Part shown: piece after piece, positions 37,658 to 47,709 of the stretch
Layout of the letters: each line of letters begins with the position of its first letter
Numbering within the stretch: the stretch's first letter is position 1
NCBI GenBank assembly: GCA_946529215.1
Contig: CAMMZC010000001.1
Span: forward strand, 158,180-222,179
Length of the DNA: 64,000 nt
From: an uncultured Clostridia bacterium
GTDB taxonomy: Bacteria > Bacillota > Clostridia > TANB77 > CAG-508
Direction: 5' to 3'
Program-made: the position numbers and the translations under genes
The notes under the pieces: model-generated
Databases searched by the model: none
Told to the model about the DNA's origin: nothing
What the model saw: only the letters and a program-made list of their open reading frames with translations

Positions 37658-38896
37658 CTAATCTTTTACATTCTCATCTGGCACATAATATTTTGTTCCT
37701 AGCATTTTATCAGGCAAATATTGTTGTTCAACAACATGTCCTGGATAGTCATGTGGGTATTTGTAACCAATGCTATATCCTAAATTTTTCATTCCTTCAG
37801 CTGGTGCATTTCTAATATGCATTGGAATTGTTCCTGTATCTTTGCTTGAGACATCTTCTAGAGCTTTATCAATTCCTAAGTATGTAGCATTTGATTTTTT
37901 AGAATTTGCAACATATACAGCAGCTTCTGCTAAAATTATTCTTGCTTCTGGCATTCCAACCATATGTACTGCTTGCATTGCGGAATTTGCTACTACTAAT
38001 GCATTTGGATTTGCTAAACCTACATCTTCTGCACTACAAATTACAATTCTTCTTGCCAAAAACATTGGGTCTTCTCCTCCTTGCAAAGCTCTTGCTAAAT
38101 AAAACAAAACTGCATCAGGGTCTGAACCTCTCATGGATTTTATAAATGCACTTATGTTGTCATAATGTGAATCTCCAGATTTATCAAATACTGCCTTTTT
38201 GGTTTGCACACAATTTTGAAGAATTTCATCTGTTATAACAATTTCTCCATTTTCATTCATAGAAGTTGTAAGTGTTGCAATTTCTAAGGCATTTAAAGCT
38301 GTTCTTACATCTCCCCCAGAAATATTGCTAAGTTTTTCTAATGTTTCATCTTCAATTTTTATGTTATATTCTCCAAGTCCTTCTTTTTTAGTTAACGCCA
38401 TTTTTAAAACTTTAAAAATATCATTTTGAGTTAATGGTTCAAGTTTTACTACCATAGAACGCGAAATCAAAGCCTTGTTTACCTCAAAATATGGATTTTC
38501 TGTTGTTGCTCCAATTAAAATTATAGTTCCATTTTCCACATAAGGAAGTAATGCATCTTGCTGAAGTTTATTAAATCTATGTATCTCATCTATAAATAAT
38601 ATTGCCTTCCCTGTAGGATTTAGCATAAAGTTTTTTGTTTCTTCAATAACAGCTTTTATATCTGCAACTCCTGCAGTTACTGCATTTATTTTATAGAATT
38701 TATATTTAGTTGTTTCAGATATAACCTGTGCAAGAGATGTTTTTCCACACCCTGGAGGTCCAAATAAAATTAAACTTGAAAGTCTATCTGCTTTTATTGT
38801 TCTATATAAAATTTTATCTTTTCCTAAAACATGCTCTTGCCCTACATATTCTTCTAGTGTTTTAGGGCGTACTCTATAAGCTAGAGGTTCATTCAT
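37658..38896 (-). CDS. rarA: replication-associated recombination protein A (RarA/MgsA AAA+ ATPase)
   Basis: PLAYRVRPKTLEEYVGQEHVLG, GPPGCGKTSLA, DEIHRFNK and the C-terminal MgsA domain. The ATG at 38896 has better RBS spacing than 38905. Confidence 0.9.
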   Translation of the reverse strand: MNEPLAYRVRPKTLEEYVGQEHVLGKDKILYRTIKADRLSSLILFGPPGCGKTSLAQVISETTKYKFYKINAVTAGVADIKAVIEETKNFMLNPTGKAILFIDEIHRFNKLQQDALLPYVENGTIILIGATTENPYFEVNKALISRSMVVKLEPLTQNDIFKVLKMALTKKEGLGEYNIKIEDETLEKLSNISGGDVRTALNALEIATLTTSMNENGEIVITDEILQNCVQTKKAVFDKSGDSHYDNISAFIKSMRGSDPDAVLFYLARALQGGEDPMFLARRIVICSAEDVGLANPNALVVANSAMQAVHMVGMPEARIILAEAAVYVANSKKSNATYLGIDKALEDVSSKDTGTIPMHIRNAPAEGMKNLGYSIGYKYPHDYPGHVVEQQYLPDKMLGTKYYVPDENVKD

Positions 38897-39011
38897 TATT
38901 AACATTCCTTTCCTTTAAAGCACAATTTTCATTATCAATTTTCAAATAATTTTATATAATATTTTTGTTTTATATGAAAGAACTATCTTTTTAAAAAGAT
39001 AGCTCTTTTTC

Positions 39012-40424
39012 TTATTCTATAAAATGGTTATTATTAAATGTTCCTGAAAGTCTTTTATTATTTGCTCCATCCATTTTAGAATTGCTTAATCTTTTTTTCT
39101 TTTTAACAAAGTTATCTGTTTTTTTGATGTTTTTCATTTCAGATTTAGTCTCATTTTCATAGTGATGTCTTACACCTGTATTTCGATATTTGCTATATTT
39201 AACAGCATAATATATTATTCCTCCTAATAAAAATAGCCATGGCCACCATGTGTTTTTTTGTAAAACTTTGTAAATAGTCAAAATAGCAGCTAGTATTCCT
39301 GCTAATTCTACTAGTCCTGAAACAGCCAATAATTTAGGCATGTGAATTGGAACACTTCCCATAGTCTCTTTTGTTCTTGCATTTACTGCCACATAATGTA
39401 ATAAATTTTTATCACCTTTTTTTTCTAAATAGCTATATAGCCAAACAGGTAAATATGCAGATTTCCATTGTTGTCCTTTAACTTCTAATTCTTCTGAATC
39501 CCATCTAACACCACGGTCATAAAATTCTATTGTAGAATTAGCTGAATGTCTTGCTATGTCTTTACATTGTTCTTTAACTAAAGGTTTTAATTCTTCCACA
39601 TTTATGTCTCTTTTTTCTGATGTATATCCTTTTATATAATTTGAATCCCATTTTACACAATTTTCTGTATCAAAAGGCATAATTGAATTAATTATGTTGT
39701 TTGTTTTTCCTTTTGCATTATCAATTTTATCTTTACTAGATTCTACTGTTAATCCTTCTATTGTTATATCAAAATCTCTTTCTACATCATATAAATCTGC
39801 ATCATAATATGTTTCTGTATGATCATTGATTCTTACTGAATAACTATCTGTTTCATGCTCTCCTTGACCTTTTAGGTTACTGTGTGCATTTACGTCTACA
39901 ATCATATATGGTAAATAAACTCCCATAACATTTTCTGCTTTAAATTCTTGTCTGAATTTAGGATGTGCAAAAAATTTTCTCTTTCCAACAAATCCTTCTA
40001 TGGCTTCTTTGGCCTCTTTTTTTGATATTTTAAATGGTAGTACAGTATCTGGTACAGCACCATTTGGAATCTGTTCATTTATTGATAATGTATTTCTACA
40101 CCAATGGCATCTTGCTTGAGTAGAACTTGCTGTATCTATTACTACTTCTGCTCCACAACTTGTGCATTTAAGAGTTATTATATCTTTTGTATCTGCTATA
40201 ATATCTGAGGCTCCAGAGCCAATTACTTCTCCTTCAAGATTTTCTATATTTGATTCCATACTATCAAATTTTTCTGGTTCGAATTCATGTCTACAAAAAT
40301 TACATCTTAATTTTCCGTTCTTCGTATTTAAAGAAATATCAGTAGCACCACATTTTGGGCATTTTGTTTGACCATCTTTAGCTCCAACATCTGTTTTTAT
40401 AACATTTTTTTCATTTTCTTCCAT
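39012..40424 (-). CDS. zinc-ribbon membrane protein (two CxxC...CxxC ribbons, C-terminal TM pair), YdjG-like partner of the upstream SPFH protein
   Basis: CPKCGATD..CNFCRHEF and CTSCGAEV..CHWCRNTL. Two C-terminal hydrophobic helices. The ATG at 40424 lies 6 nt after AAGGAG. Confidence 0.5.
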   Translation of the reverse strand: MEENEKNVIKTDVGAKDGQTKCPKCGATDISLNTKNGKLRCNFCRHEFEPEKFDSMESNIENLEGEVIGSGASDIIADTKDIITLKCTSCGAEVVIDTASSTQARCHWCRNTLSINEQIPNGAVPDTVLPFKISKKEAKEAIEGFVGKRKFFAHPKFRQEFKAENVMGVYLPYMIVDVNAHSNLKGQGEHETDSYSVRINDHTETYYDADLYDVERDFDITIEGLTVESSKDKIDNAKGKTNNIINSIMPFDTENCVKWDSNYIKGYTSEKRDINVEELKPLVKEQCKDIARHSANSTIEFYDRGVRWDSEELEVKGQQWKSAYLPVWLYSYLEKKGDKNLLHYVAVNARTKETMGSVPIHMPKLLAVSGLVELAGILAAILTIYKVLQKNTWWPWLFLLGGIIYYAVKYSKYRNTGVRHHYENETKSEMKNIKKTDNFVKKKKRLSNSKMDGANNKRLSGTFNNNHFIE

Positions 40425-40478
40425 ATATATCTCCTTATAGTGCATTATTCACATAGTGAATCTTTGCACATTAGATTT

Positions 40479-41633
40479 TTATAATCCCAAAAGTTCTTTT
40501 TTCTTAGCATCAAATTCTTCCTGAGTAATTATTCCATCATCTAATAATTTTTTATATTTTGTAATTTCCTCATAAGGATCTTTTTCTGGTTGAGAGTTTT
40601 GAGTTGGTTGTTGCATATTTCCCATTACTCCTCCAACACTATTTACTCCCATTCCCATAAATGCCATTCCTTGTGCTCCTCCATTTTCACCTGCAGCTTG
40701 GAACCCTCTAGCTACAGATTGTTGCATAAATGAATTTCCTCTAGCACCTGATAAAGCATCTGCTTTTTTAACATCACTAAGTAATTTTTTAGAATCTTCA
40801 TCATATTCTATAGCTGTAATTGCAACTTTAATTATTTCTAGACCTCTTGAAGATTTCCATTGATATGCTTCTTCTACTGCTTGTGATAAGCTTTGTGCAA
40901 ATCCGATTTGATCTCCTTGTATTTTTGTGATTCTATTTCCTTTACTTGGATCATTAGTATAATTTGAAAATGCAGCTGATAAGCTTCCTACAACTTCATT
41001 AAATAATTGCTCTCCTGCAGGATTATCCATATCTGCAAAATCAAAAACTTCTCCTGTTGGTCTTAAATATTCCATTGGAACAAAATTTTTAACAAATAAT
41101 ATTGGGTCAATTATTTGCATTGTATATGTACCTCTTGTTATTGCTCCTACTTGTGCATTCATATATGCATCATCCCAATATATTTCTGATTGTGTACCAA
41201 ATTTATTTCCTGGTATTTCTTTTAGATTTACATAGAATACCATTTGTTCACTTCCAGGAATTCCACCAAATTTAAATCTTTCCCATGAAGTTTTTATTGT
41301 AGACGAAATAATTCCATTTCCTGCAAATAAAGATTGAGAATTTTGATCATCAGATTGATATATAAATCCTCCAGGCTCTGTTATACATCCTGTTATTGCT
41401 CCATCTTGCATTGTAATTAATGCACATCCATCTGGTACAACTATTTTACTTCCATTTGTAATAATATTTTCTGATCCTTTTGTGTTTGAACCTCTTCCAT
41501 TATCTGTTCCTTTTCTTTCTGCGCCAAATATAGCAGCTGTTGCTGATACCCCACTTCTAGGAACAATAAAATCCTTCCATTGATCTGCAAATGTTCCTCC
41601 TAATGCTCCTGCAAATGCTTTAATAAATCCCAT
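40479..41633 (-). CDS. SPFH/band-7-like protein of the YdjI (COG4260, virion-core-protein-like) family with a C-terminal SHOCT domain
   Basis: MGFIKAFAGALGGTFADQWKDFI N-terminus is typical of YdjI-like proteins. C-terminal YKKLLDDGIITQEEFDAKKKELLGL is a SHOCT motif. Confidence 0.65.
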   Translation of the reverse strand: MGFIKAFAGALGGTFADQWKDFIVPRSGVSATAAIFGAERKGTDNGRGSNTKGSENIITNGSKIVVPDGCALITMQDGAITGCITEPGGFIYQSDDQNSQSLFAGNGIISSTIKTSWERFKFGGIPGSEQMVFYVNLKEIPGNKFGTQSEIYWDDAYMNAQVGAITRGTYTMQIIDPILFVKNFVPMEYLRPTGEVFDFADMDNPAGEQLFNEVVGSLSAAFSNYTNDPSKGNRITKIQGDQIGFAQSLSQAVEEAYQWKSSRGLEIIKVAITAIEYDEDSKKLLSDVKKADALSGARGNSFMQQSVARGFQAAGENGGAQGMAFMGMGVNSVGGVMGNMQQPTQNSQPEKDPYEEITKYKKLLDDGIITQEEFDAKKKELLGL

Positions 41634-41728
41634 AATTTATTCCTCCTTTAAATTCTTTTAATATTACTTATTATATGCTATACCTTTTTTCAAATTCTGC
41701 TTTTGTAAAATCTTCCCTCCTTTCTTTT

Positions 41729-42817
41729 TTACTTAATAAACATTGCATCTCCAAAACTGAAAAATCTATATTTTTCTCTTACTGCTTCATTATAAGCTTT
41801 TAAAACATATTCTCTTCCAGCTAATGCTGATACAAGCATTAATAATGTTGATTTTGGTAAATGAAAATTTGTTATTAATCCATCTACACATTTAAACTTA
41901 TATCCTGGATAAATATATATTCCTGTGTCTCCCTCTGTAGCTTGAACAAACCCAGTTTCTTCCGATGCTATTGTCTCTAATACTCTACATGATGTTGTTC
42001 CAACAGCAATTATTCTCCCTCCTGATTTTTTCGTTTCATTTATTTTATCTGCATCTTCTTGTTTAATGTAAAAATGTTCTGTATGCATCTCGTGATCTTC
42101 TATATTTTCTTCTTTAACAGGTCTAAATGTCCCTATTCCTACATGTAAAGTTACATTTGCAATTTTTACACCTTTTTCTTTTATTTTTTGTAAAAGTTCT
42201 GGTGTAAAGTGAAGTCCTGCTGTAGGTGCTGCTGCTGATCCATCATATTTTGCATATACTGTTTGGTATCTATCTTTTTGTTTTAAACTTTCATGTATAT
42301 ATGGTGGAAGTGGCATAAGTCCTATTTTGTCTAATATTTCGTTAAAAATTCCATCATATTCAAATTTTACCTTTCTTGTTCCACCATTCATTATATCTAA
42401 TATAGTAGCTTTTAATAAGCAATCTTTTTGCTTTTTTTCTTCTTTTTTTACTAAATCTTCACTATTTTCCTCTTTGAATGTATCGTATCCAAAATTTACT
42501 ACTGTTCCTGGTTTTAATTTATTTCCAGGTCTTACTATTGCCTCCCAAACATCCCCTTCAAGCTGTTTTAACAATACAAATTCAACATTTGCACCTGTTT
42601 CTTTCTTTCCATAAAGCCTTGCTGGAATTACTTTTGTGTTATTTCTAACTAAACAGTCTCCTGGTCTTAAATAATCTATAATATCTTTGAAAATTTTATG
42701 TTCTATTGTTTCATTATCTCGATTTAATACCATTAACCTTGATTCATCTCTTTTTTCTATTGGCACTTGTGCAATTAATTCTTCTGGTAAAAAATAATCA
42801 AATTCCTCTAATTTCAC
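41729..42817 (-). CDS. queA: S-adenosylmethionine:tRNA ribosyltransferase-isomerase
   Basis: [31 protein letters not shown] and [13 protein letters not shown] motifs. Confidence 0.95.
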   Translation of the reverse strand: MKLEEFDYFLPEELIAQVPIEKRDESRLMVLNRDNETIEHKIFKDIIDYLRPGDCLVRNNTKVIPARLYGKKETGANVEFVLLKQLEGDVWEAIVRPGNKLKPGTVVNFGYDTFKEENSEDLVKKEEKKQKDCLLKATILDIMNGGTRKVKFEYDGIFNEILDKIGLMPLPPYIHESLKQKDRYQTVYAKYDGSAAAPTAGLHFTPELLQKIKEKGVKIANVTLHVGIGTFRPVKEENIEDHEMHTEHFYIKQEDADKINETKKSGGRIIAVGTTSCRVLETIASEETGFVQATEGDTGIYIYPGYKFKCVDGLITNFHLPKSTLLMLVSALAGREYVLKAYNEAVREKYRFFSFGDAMFIK

Positions 42818-42912
42818 TTTAATTTCTCCTTTAATTTCTAAGTAATAATATTGATTAAGTTGCCATTATTTTATCACAAATACCATAAAAAGTAAAGGAA
42901 TAATTTGGCTTT

Positions 42913-43395
42913 TTATATTTTATCAATAAAATTTTTTATTATATAAATTATTTCATCTGATTTTGGATTTTCATATTTTTTTGGTACAAACTCTTTTGCT
43001 TTTTTTAAAGCTTTATCAAGTTTGGAAACATCATCTACACCTATGATCCACCCTCTTTTATTAAACTCTTGCTCTATATCTTTCTGGTGGTCATTTATAT
43101 GTTCTCTATATTTTTTTATTCTTGGAACTGCAATAACTTTTTTATGATTTTTAAGTGACATTTCTATAGAGCCTACCCCTGCATGTGTTATTATCAAATT
43201 TGCTTTTTTTATTAATTTTTCTACAATCTCTTTTGATGTAACATCAAAAATTTTCATTTTATCAGATTTATATTTAGTAAAACCAGCTTGTACAATTACT
43301 TCTTCATTTATATTACCGTTTTCTATGTTTTTTTCAATCTCATCTAATAATCTATGAAAATCATTATTTTGAGTTCCAAGCATAACAAAAATCAT
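42913..43395 (-). CDS. Alg13-like catalytic subunit of a two-part glycosyltransferase (Glyco_tran_28_C; PssE/Cps14G family)
   Basis: MIFVMLGTQNNDFHRLL ... ITHAGVGSIEMSL pattern. The ATG at 43395 lies 8 nt after AAGAGG. Confidence 0.7.
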   Translation of the reverse strand: MIFVMLGTQNNDFHRLLDEIEKNIENGNINEEVIVQAGFTKYKSDKMKIFDVTSKEIVEKLIKKANLIITHAGVGSIEMSLKNHKKVIAVPRIKKYREHINDHQKDIEQEFNKRGWIIGVDDVSKLDKALKKAKEFVPKKYENPKSDEIIYIIKNFIDKI

Positions 43396-43632
43396 AATCA
43401 CAACCTCTTTTATTTTCGGATTTTCGCTTATTCAAATTTTATCCTTTTTCTCGAGTATCATATCTAATTTAGAATATTGATAAAATTTCCTATTAAAAAT
43501 TCCATTTGTTTTTAATTACTGCATTTATAAGCTTTATATTTATTTTGTTTTTTTTAAAATAATTTATTCATGTTATATTTTTTTATTTTTTGGTCAAAAT
43601 AGTATTGTTTAATTTGATGAAAGGATTTTGAT

Positions 43633-44388
43633 ATGAAAAAATACATTTTATGGATAATTTTAGCAATAGCAATTATTTTGGGACTTATTTATTTTTTTAA
43701 TAGAAATGATAATTTAGAAAATAATACAAACTATAATTCTACACGTACCTCTCAAAATATGACTGCTGATTTAAACTCTACTGATAATAACGAAATAGAG
43801 TCACCTAAAGAAGAAAACAAAGACGAAAAAAATGAAGATTACAATAATGATTCTAATAAAATAGATTCAGAAAGCACGCATTCTAATGAAGATGAAAAAA
43901 AAGAGGCTTCTCAAAAGAATACATCAAAAGAATCTGAAATATCTTCCTTTACGACTAAAATATATACCAAAGACTCTGATAGACAAAACAATCTTACAAT
44001 TGCCTGTTCTACCTTAAATAATACAACTATCGAAAATGGTAAAACTTTTTCTTTTTCTAAAACAGTAGGAAGAGCAACTTCTGGCAAAGGATATAAAAAA
44101 GCTGATGTTTTTAGAAATGGAGACGTTGTAGAAGCTCTTGGTGGTGGACTTTGCCAAGTAAGTACTACATTATATAATGCAGTTTTAAAAATTCCTAAAC
44201 TCAAAGTTACAGAAAGACACCCTCATAGTAACAAAGTTCCATATATAAAATCTGGCAAAGATGCAGCAGTATCTTTTGGAGCTCAAGATTTTAAATTTGT
44301 TAATAATACTGGAAATACTATAAAAATAAAAGCTACTAATACCAAAAACAATGTAACAGTAAAAATTTTTAAATTAGAAACAAATTAA
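43633..44388 (+). CDS. VanW-family protein with N-terminal anchor and acidic low-complexity linker
   Basis: GGGLCQVSTTLYNAVL and ERHPHSNKVPY are VanW-domain motifs. Confidence 0.75.
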   Translation: MKKYILWIILAIAIILGLIYFFNRNDNLENNTNYNSTRTSQNMTADLNSTDNNEIESPKEENKDEKNEDYNNDSNKIDSESTHSNEDEKKEASQKNTSKESEISSFTTKIYTKDSDRQNNLTIACSTLNNTTIENGKTFSFSKTVGRATSGKGYKKADVFRNGDVVEALGGGLCQVSTTLYNAVLKIPKLKVTERHPHSNKVPYIKSGKDAAVSFGAQDFKFVNNTGNTIKIKATNTKNNVTVKIFKLETN

Positions 44389-44413
44389 ATTCTAATTATA
44401 ATATCTATGAGTT

Positions 44414-44455
44414 AATATAATAGGAAAGTATAGCTTTCCTATTATATTCTTTATT
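44414..44455 (+). terminator. rho-independent terminator after the VanW gene
   Basis: AATATAATAGGAAAG-TATA-GCTTTCCTATTATATT, then CTTTATTTT. Confidence 0.6.
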
Positions 44456-44585
44456 TTCAAATTAACAAAGACATTTTTACTTGAATATCCTCCTATTTTA
44501 TGCTAAAATATTATCAAAAATAAGGTAGGAAATTTTTCTTTTTATATCTAAAAATTTTCTATTTAGTAAAAAGGACTGAAAAAAA

Positions 44586-46952
44586 ATGAATACAAATTAT
44601 TTAAAAAAATTAGAGTTTGATAAAATCCTGCAGAACTTATCTGAATATTGTCATACATATATAGGAAAAGAAAAAGTTTTAAGCTTATATCCTTCTTCAG
44701 ATAAAGAGTTTGTTAAAAAGAATTTATCTGAAACATCTCAAGCCGTGAGTTTAATTGAGAGGAATTCTACTCCCCCACTTTCAGAGATTGAAGATATAAG
44801 AGTATATATAAAAATGCTTGAAAGTTCAAACACTTTGACTGCAAAGGCTTTGCTTGATATCTGTAATATTTTAAATATGGCAGATGAGTTAAAAACGTAT
44901 TTTTCTAACTTTTTAGATGATGAATCTTATGAAAATTTAAGGATTTATTTTAATGAGCTTTATACCAATCCTTCTGTTGTAGATAAAATAAAAAAATCAA
45001 TTATAGATTCTGAAACTATTGCAGATAATGCATCTTCTACACTTTCTTCAATTAGAAGACATATTAGGCAAGCAGAACAAGATATAAAAAACAAATTAAA
45101 TTCTATTTTGCATTCCTCTTATGCAAAATATATGCAAGAAAATGTTGTTACAATTAGAAATGATAGATTTGTAATACCTGTTAAGCAAGAGTATAGAAGT
45201 CAAATAAAAGGGTTTGTGCATGATATTTCAAGCACAGGTTCAACTGTTTTTATTGAACCTATTTCTGTGTTTGAGGCAAATAATACAATAAATAATTTAA
45301 AAGTAGATGAAGCTGCAGAAATAGAAAGAATTTTGCAAAATTTAAGTTCTTTGCTCTTCCCTTACACAAATGAACTTTTTGCAGATATTGAAGCAATTGG
45401 AACTCTTGATTTTATTTTTGCAAAAGCAAAATACTCGAATTCTATTAAAGGAATTACTCCTATTATAAATGATACCAAATATGTTAATTTAATTAAAGCA
45501 CGCCACCCTTTAATCAACCCTCTAGAAGTTGTTCCTATTTCAATTAATATTGGAAAAGATTACAATCTTCTTATAATAACAGGTCCAAATACTGGTGGTA
45601 AAACAGTAAGTTTAAAAACCGTTGGCCTACTAGAAGCTATGGCTTGTAGTGGACTTAATATCCCTGCTGAAGAAAAATCTAGTATTTATGTTTTTGATGA
45701 AATTTATGCAGATATTGGAGATGACCAAAGTATAGCAGATTCTTTAAGTACATTTTCTAGTCATATGAAAAATATTTCTCGTATTGTAGAAAATGCAACT
45801 CCTGAAAGTCTTATACTAGTTGATGAATTAGGTTCTGGAACAGATCCATTAGAAGGAGCAAATCTTGCAATAAGTATTTTGGAATTTTTCAAAAATTCAG
45901 ATATTTTGTGTTTAGCTACAACCCACTATCAAGAACTAAAAAAATATGCATTAGTAACAGAAAATGTGCAAAATGCAAGTGTTGAGTTTGATATAGAAAA
46001 CCTAAAACCTACATATAAGCTTTTAATTGGAATTCCTGGAAAAAGTAATGCTTTTGCAATTAGTGAAAAATTAGGTTTAAAAAAAGAAATTATACAAAAA
46101 GCTCAAAGCTTGCTTGATAAAAAAGACATAGATTTCGAAACCTTGCTAAAAAGTATTTATGATGACAAAATAAAAATTGAAAAAGAAAAATCTGAGATTG
46201 AAAAAAATCTTCATCAAGTAGAACTTCTTAAAAATAATCTTCAAAGAGATGATACTCGCGTTCGTGAGCAAGAAAAAGAGATTATTAACAAAGCAAAACT
46301 TGAAGCAAGGCAAATTCTTTTAGATGCAAAAGATGATGCGACTTCAATGATATCAAAGATGAAAGAAATTTCTGAAAATTCTACAGAACTAAAAGAATTA
46401 AATAATATGAGAAATAGTTTAAATAACTCTATTAAAAATATTTCTCTTCAAGGAAATGATGAGCTAAATATTACTCCTTTAGATGAAAACGAAATTGTAG
46501 TTGGAGCAAAAGTTTTTGTAAGTACTCTTGGTCAAAATGGTATTGTTTTAACTAAAATAAGCAAATCTAAAGAAGTTCAAGTTCAAATCGGATTAATAAA
46601 AACAAATATTCCAATTAAGTTTTTAGAAAAACCTAAAAATATGAAAAATGACTTAAGCACTCCTAATATTACTGCTTCTTATGGTTCAAATGTTTCAAAA
46701 ACAAGAACAGTAAATTCAGAAATAAATGTAATTGGTCTTACGGTTGATGAAGCAATACCATTAGTTGACAAATTCATAGATGACTGCTTTTTAGCCAAAC
46801 TTCAAACTGCAAGAATAGTTCATGGAAAAGGAACAGGCAAACTACGTCAGGGAATTCATACATTTTTGAAAAAGAATAAAAGAGTTAAATCTTTTAGAAT
46901 TGGAACTTATGGTGAAGGTGAAATGGGAGTAACAATTGTAGAATTAAAATAA
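44586..46952 (+). CDS. mutS2: endonuclease MutS2 (MutS-family ATPase with C-terminal Smr domain)
   Basis: 788 aa. ITGPNTGGKTV Walker A, DELGSGTDP, C-terminal Smr (IVHGKGTGKLRQGI). Confidence 0.95.
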   Translation: MNTNYLKKLEFDKILQNLSEYCHTYIGKEKVLSLYPSSDKEFVKKNLSETSQAVSLIERNSTPPLSEIEDIRVYIKMLESSNTLTAKALLDICNILNMADELKTYFSNFLDDESYENLRIYFNELYTNPSVVDKIKKSIIDSETIADNASSTLSSIRRHIRQAEQDIKNKLNSILHSSYAKYMQENVVTIRNDRFVIPVKQEYRSQIKGFVHDISSTGSTVFIEPISVFEANNTINNLKVDEAAEIERILQNLSSLLFPYTNELFADIEAIGTLDFIFAKAKYSNSIKGITPIINDTKYVNLIKARHPLINPLEVVPISINIGKDYNLLIITGPNTGGKTVSLKTVGLLEAMACSGLNIPAEEKSSIYVFDEIYADIGDDQSIADSLSTFSSHMKNISRIVENATPESLILVDELGSGTDPLEGANLAISILEFFKNSDILCLATTHYQELKKYALVTENVQNASVEFDIENLKPTYKLLIGIPGKSNAFAISEKLGLKKEIIQKAQSLLDKKDIDFETLLKSIYDDKIKIEKEKSEIEKNLHQVELLKNNLQRDDTRVREQEKEIINKAKLEARQILLDAKDDATSMISKMKEISENSTELKELNNMRNSLNNSIKNISLQGNDELNITPLDENEIVVGAKVFVSTLGQNGIVLTKISKSKEVQVQIGLIKTNIPIKFLEKPKNMKNDLSTPNITASYGSNVSKTRTVNSEINVIGLTVDEAIPLVDKFIDDCFLAKLQTARIVHGKGTGKLRQGIHTFLKKNKRVKSFRIGTYGEGEMGVTIVELK

Positions 46953-47022
46953 GGTTCCTTTTGGGGACGGAGCAAAAATTCACTTTGAAATTGTGAGTGA
47001 ATTTTTCCTCCGTCCCCAAAAT
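46953..47022. repeat. copy c (full-length hairpin form) of the GGTTCC/GGGGACGGAG repeat family, also a bidirectional terminator
   Basis: GGTTCCTTTTGGGGACGGAG-CAAAAATTCAC..GTGAATTTTT-CCTCCGTCCCCAAAA. Starts directly after the mutS2 stop codon and ends 5 nt before the stop of the convergent HD gene. Confidence 0.7.
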
Positions 47023-47026
47023 CCCT

Positions 47027-47590
47027 TTAAATATTAAAAAAGTAAGTTGATTCTAAATCTGCCTCATGCATAAGTAAAGCAATAGGATATTTTTTGTATG
47101 CTTCTCCTATTGTTCCATATAATTCTTTTGGTTCTGTATAGCCCATATGCCAACGAATTGCATATTTTTCTTCTGGTGTAAGCTTTATATATTCTGTAAT
47201 CATCATTACAGATTTTTCTCCATGTCCATAAGGAATTGTGTCTTCTACTGTATAGTATGGGACTTTTTCCCATACTCCCAAAGCATTTTTTGCATTTCTA
47301 AAATCTACTTTATAGAAATTTGTTTTGCAAATATCATGTAATAAAGCAATTATTATTAATGATTCTTGTGGTATATTTATTGGCACAAATGATGTTTCTA
47401 CTTTATGTTTTAATATTTCATAAACTTTCATACTGTGTTCCATTAATCCTTTTTCGTAACTTCCATGAAATCTAGTGCTTGCAGGTGCCTTAAAAAAATC
47501 TGATTTTTTTAAAAAATCTATTAAATCTTCTATTCCCTCCCTTTTTGTACTTCTTAATAATTCTATAAATTCTTGTTCCATTTTTTCCAT
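47027..47590 (-). CDS. HD-domain phosphohydrolase
   Basis: 187 aa. ..RFHGSYEKGLMEHS.. and ALLHDICK give the H...HD metal-binding pattern. Confidence 0.6.
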   Translation of the reverse strand: MEKMEQEFIELLRSTKREGIEDLIDFLKKSDFFKAPASTRFHGSYEKGLMEHSMKVYEILKHKVETSFVPINIPQESLIIIALLHDICKTNFYKVDFRNAKNALGVWEKVPYYTVEDTIPYGHGEKSVMMITEYIKLTPEEKYAIRWHMGYTEPKELYGTIGEAYKKYPIALLMHEADLESTYFFNI

Positions 47591-47709
47591 CCTTCTTTCT
47601 ATATTTTTAAGGGTAGTCTAAATTACTCTAAACCACCCTTTTAATAGTCTTTAAATTCTTCTATTCTACAACTACATTTATTTTGTAGTTCTTAATAATC
47701 TACACATCA

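Noticed and set aside
37024-37815. 263-aa ORF antisense to the MscS and RarA genes. Similar antisense ORFs occur at 298-519, 2571-2774, 8136-8330, 18282-18605, 20427-20717, 22410-22779, 32457-32780, 33872-34168, 42327-42614 and others.
   Set aside because: These are low-complexity Phe/Ile/Leu/Ser-rich translations typical of the reverse strand of AT-rich genes. They have no RBS and lie fully inside well-supported genes.
47064-47273. 69-aa minus-strand ORF overlapping the HD-domain gene in another frame.
   Set aside because: It is entirely nested within the longer HD ORF, which carries recognisable motifs, and it has an Arg/Tyr-rich composition atypical for this genome.
47600-47660. Hairpin AAGGGTAG...CCACCCTT as the sigH terminator.
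   Set aside because: The T-run follows the stem on the plus strand only, whereas sigH is on the minus strand. The orientation does not fit, so no terminator is called.
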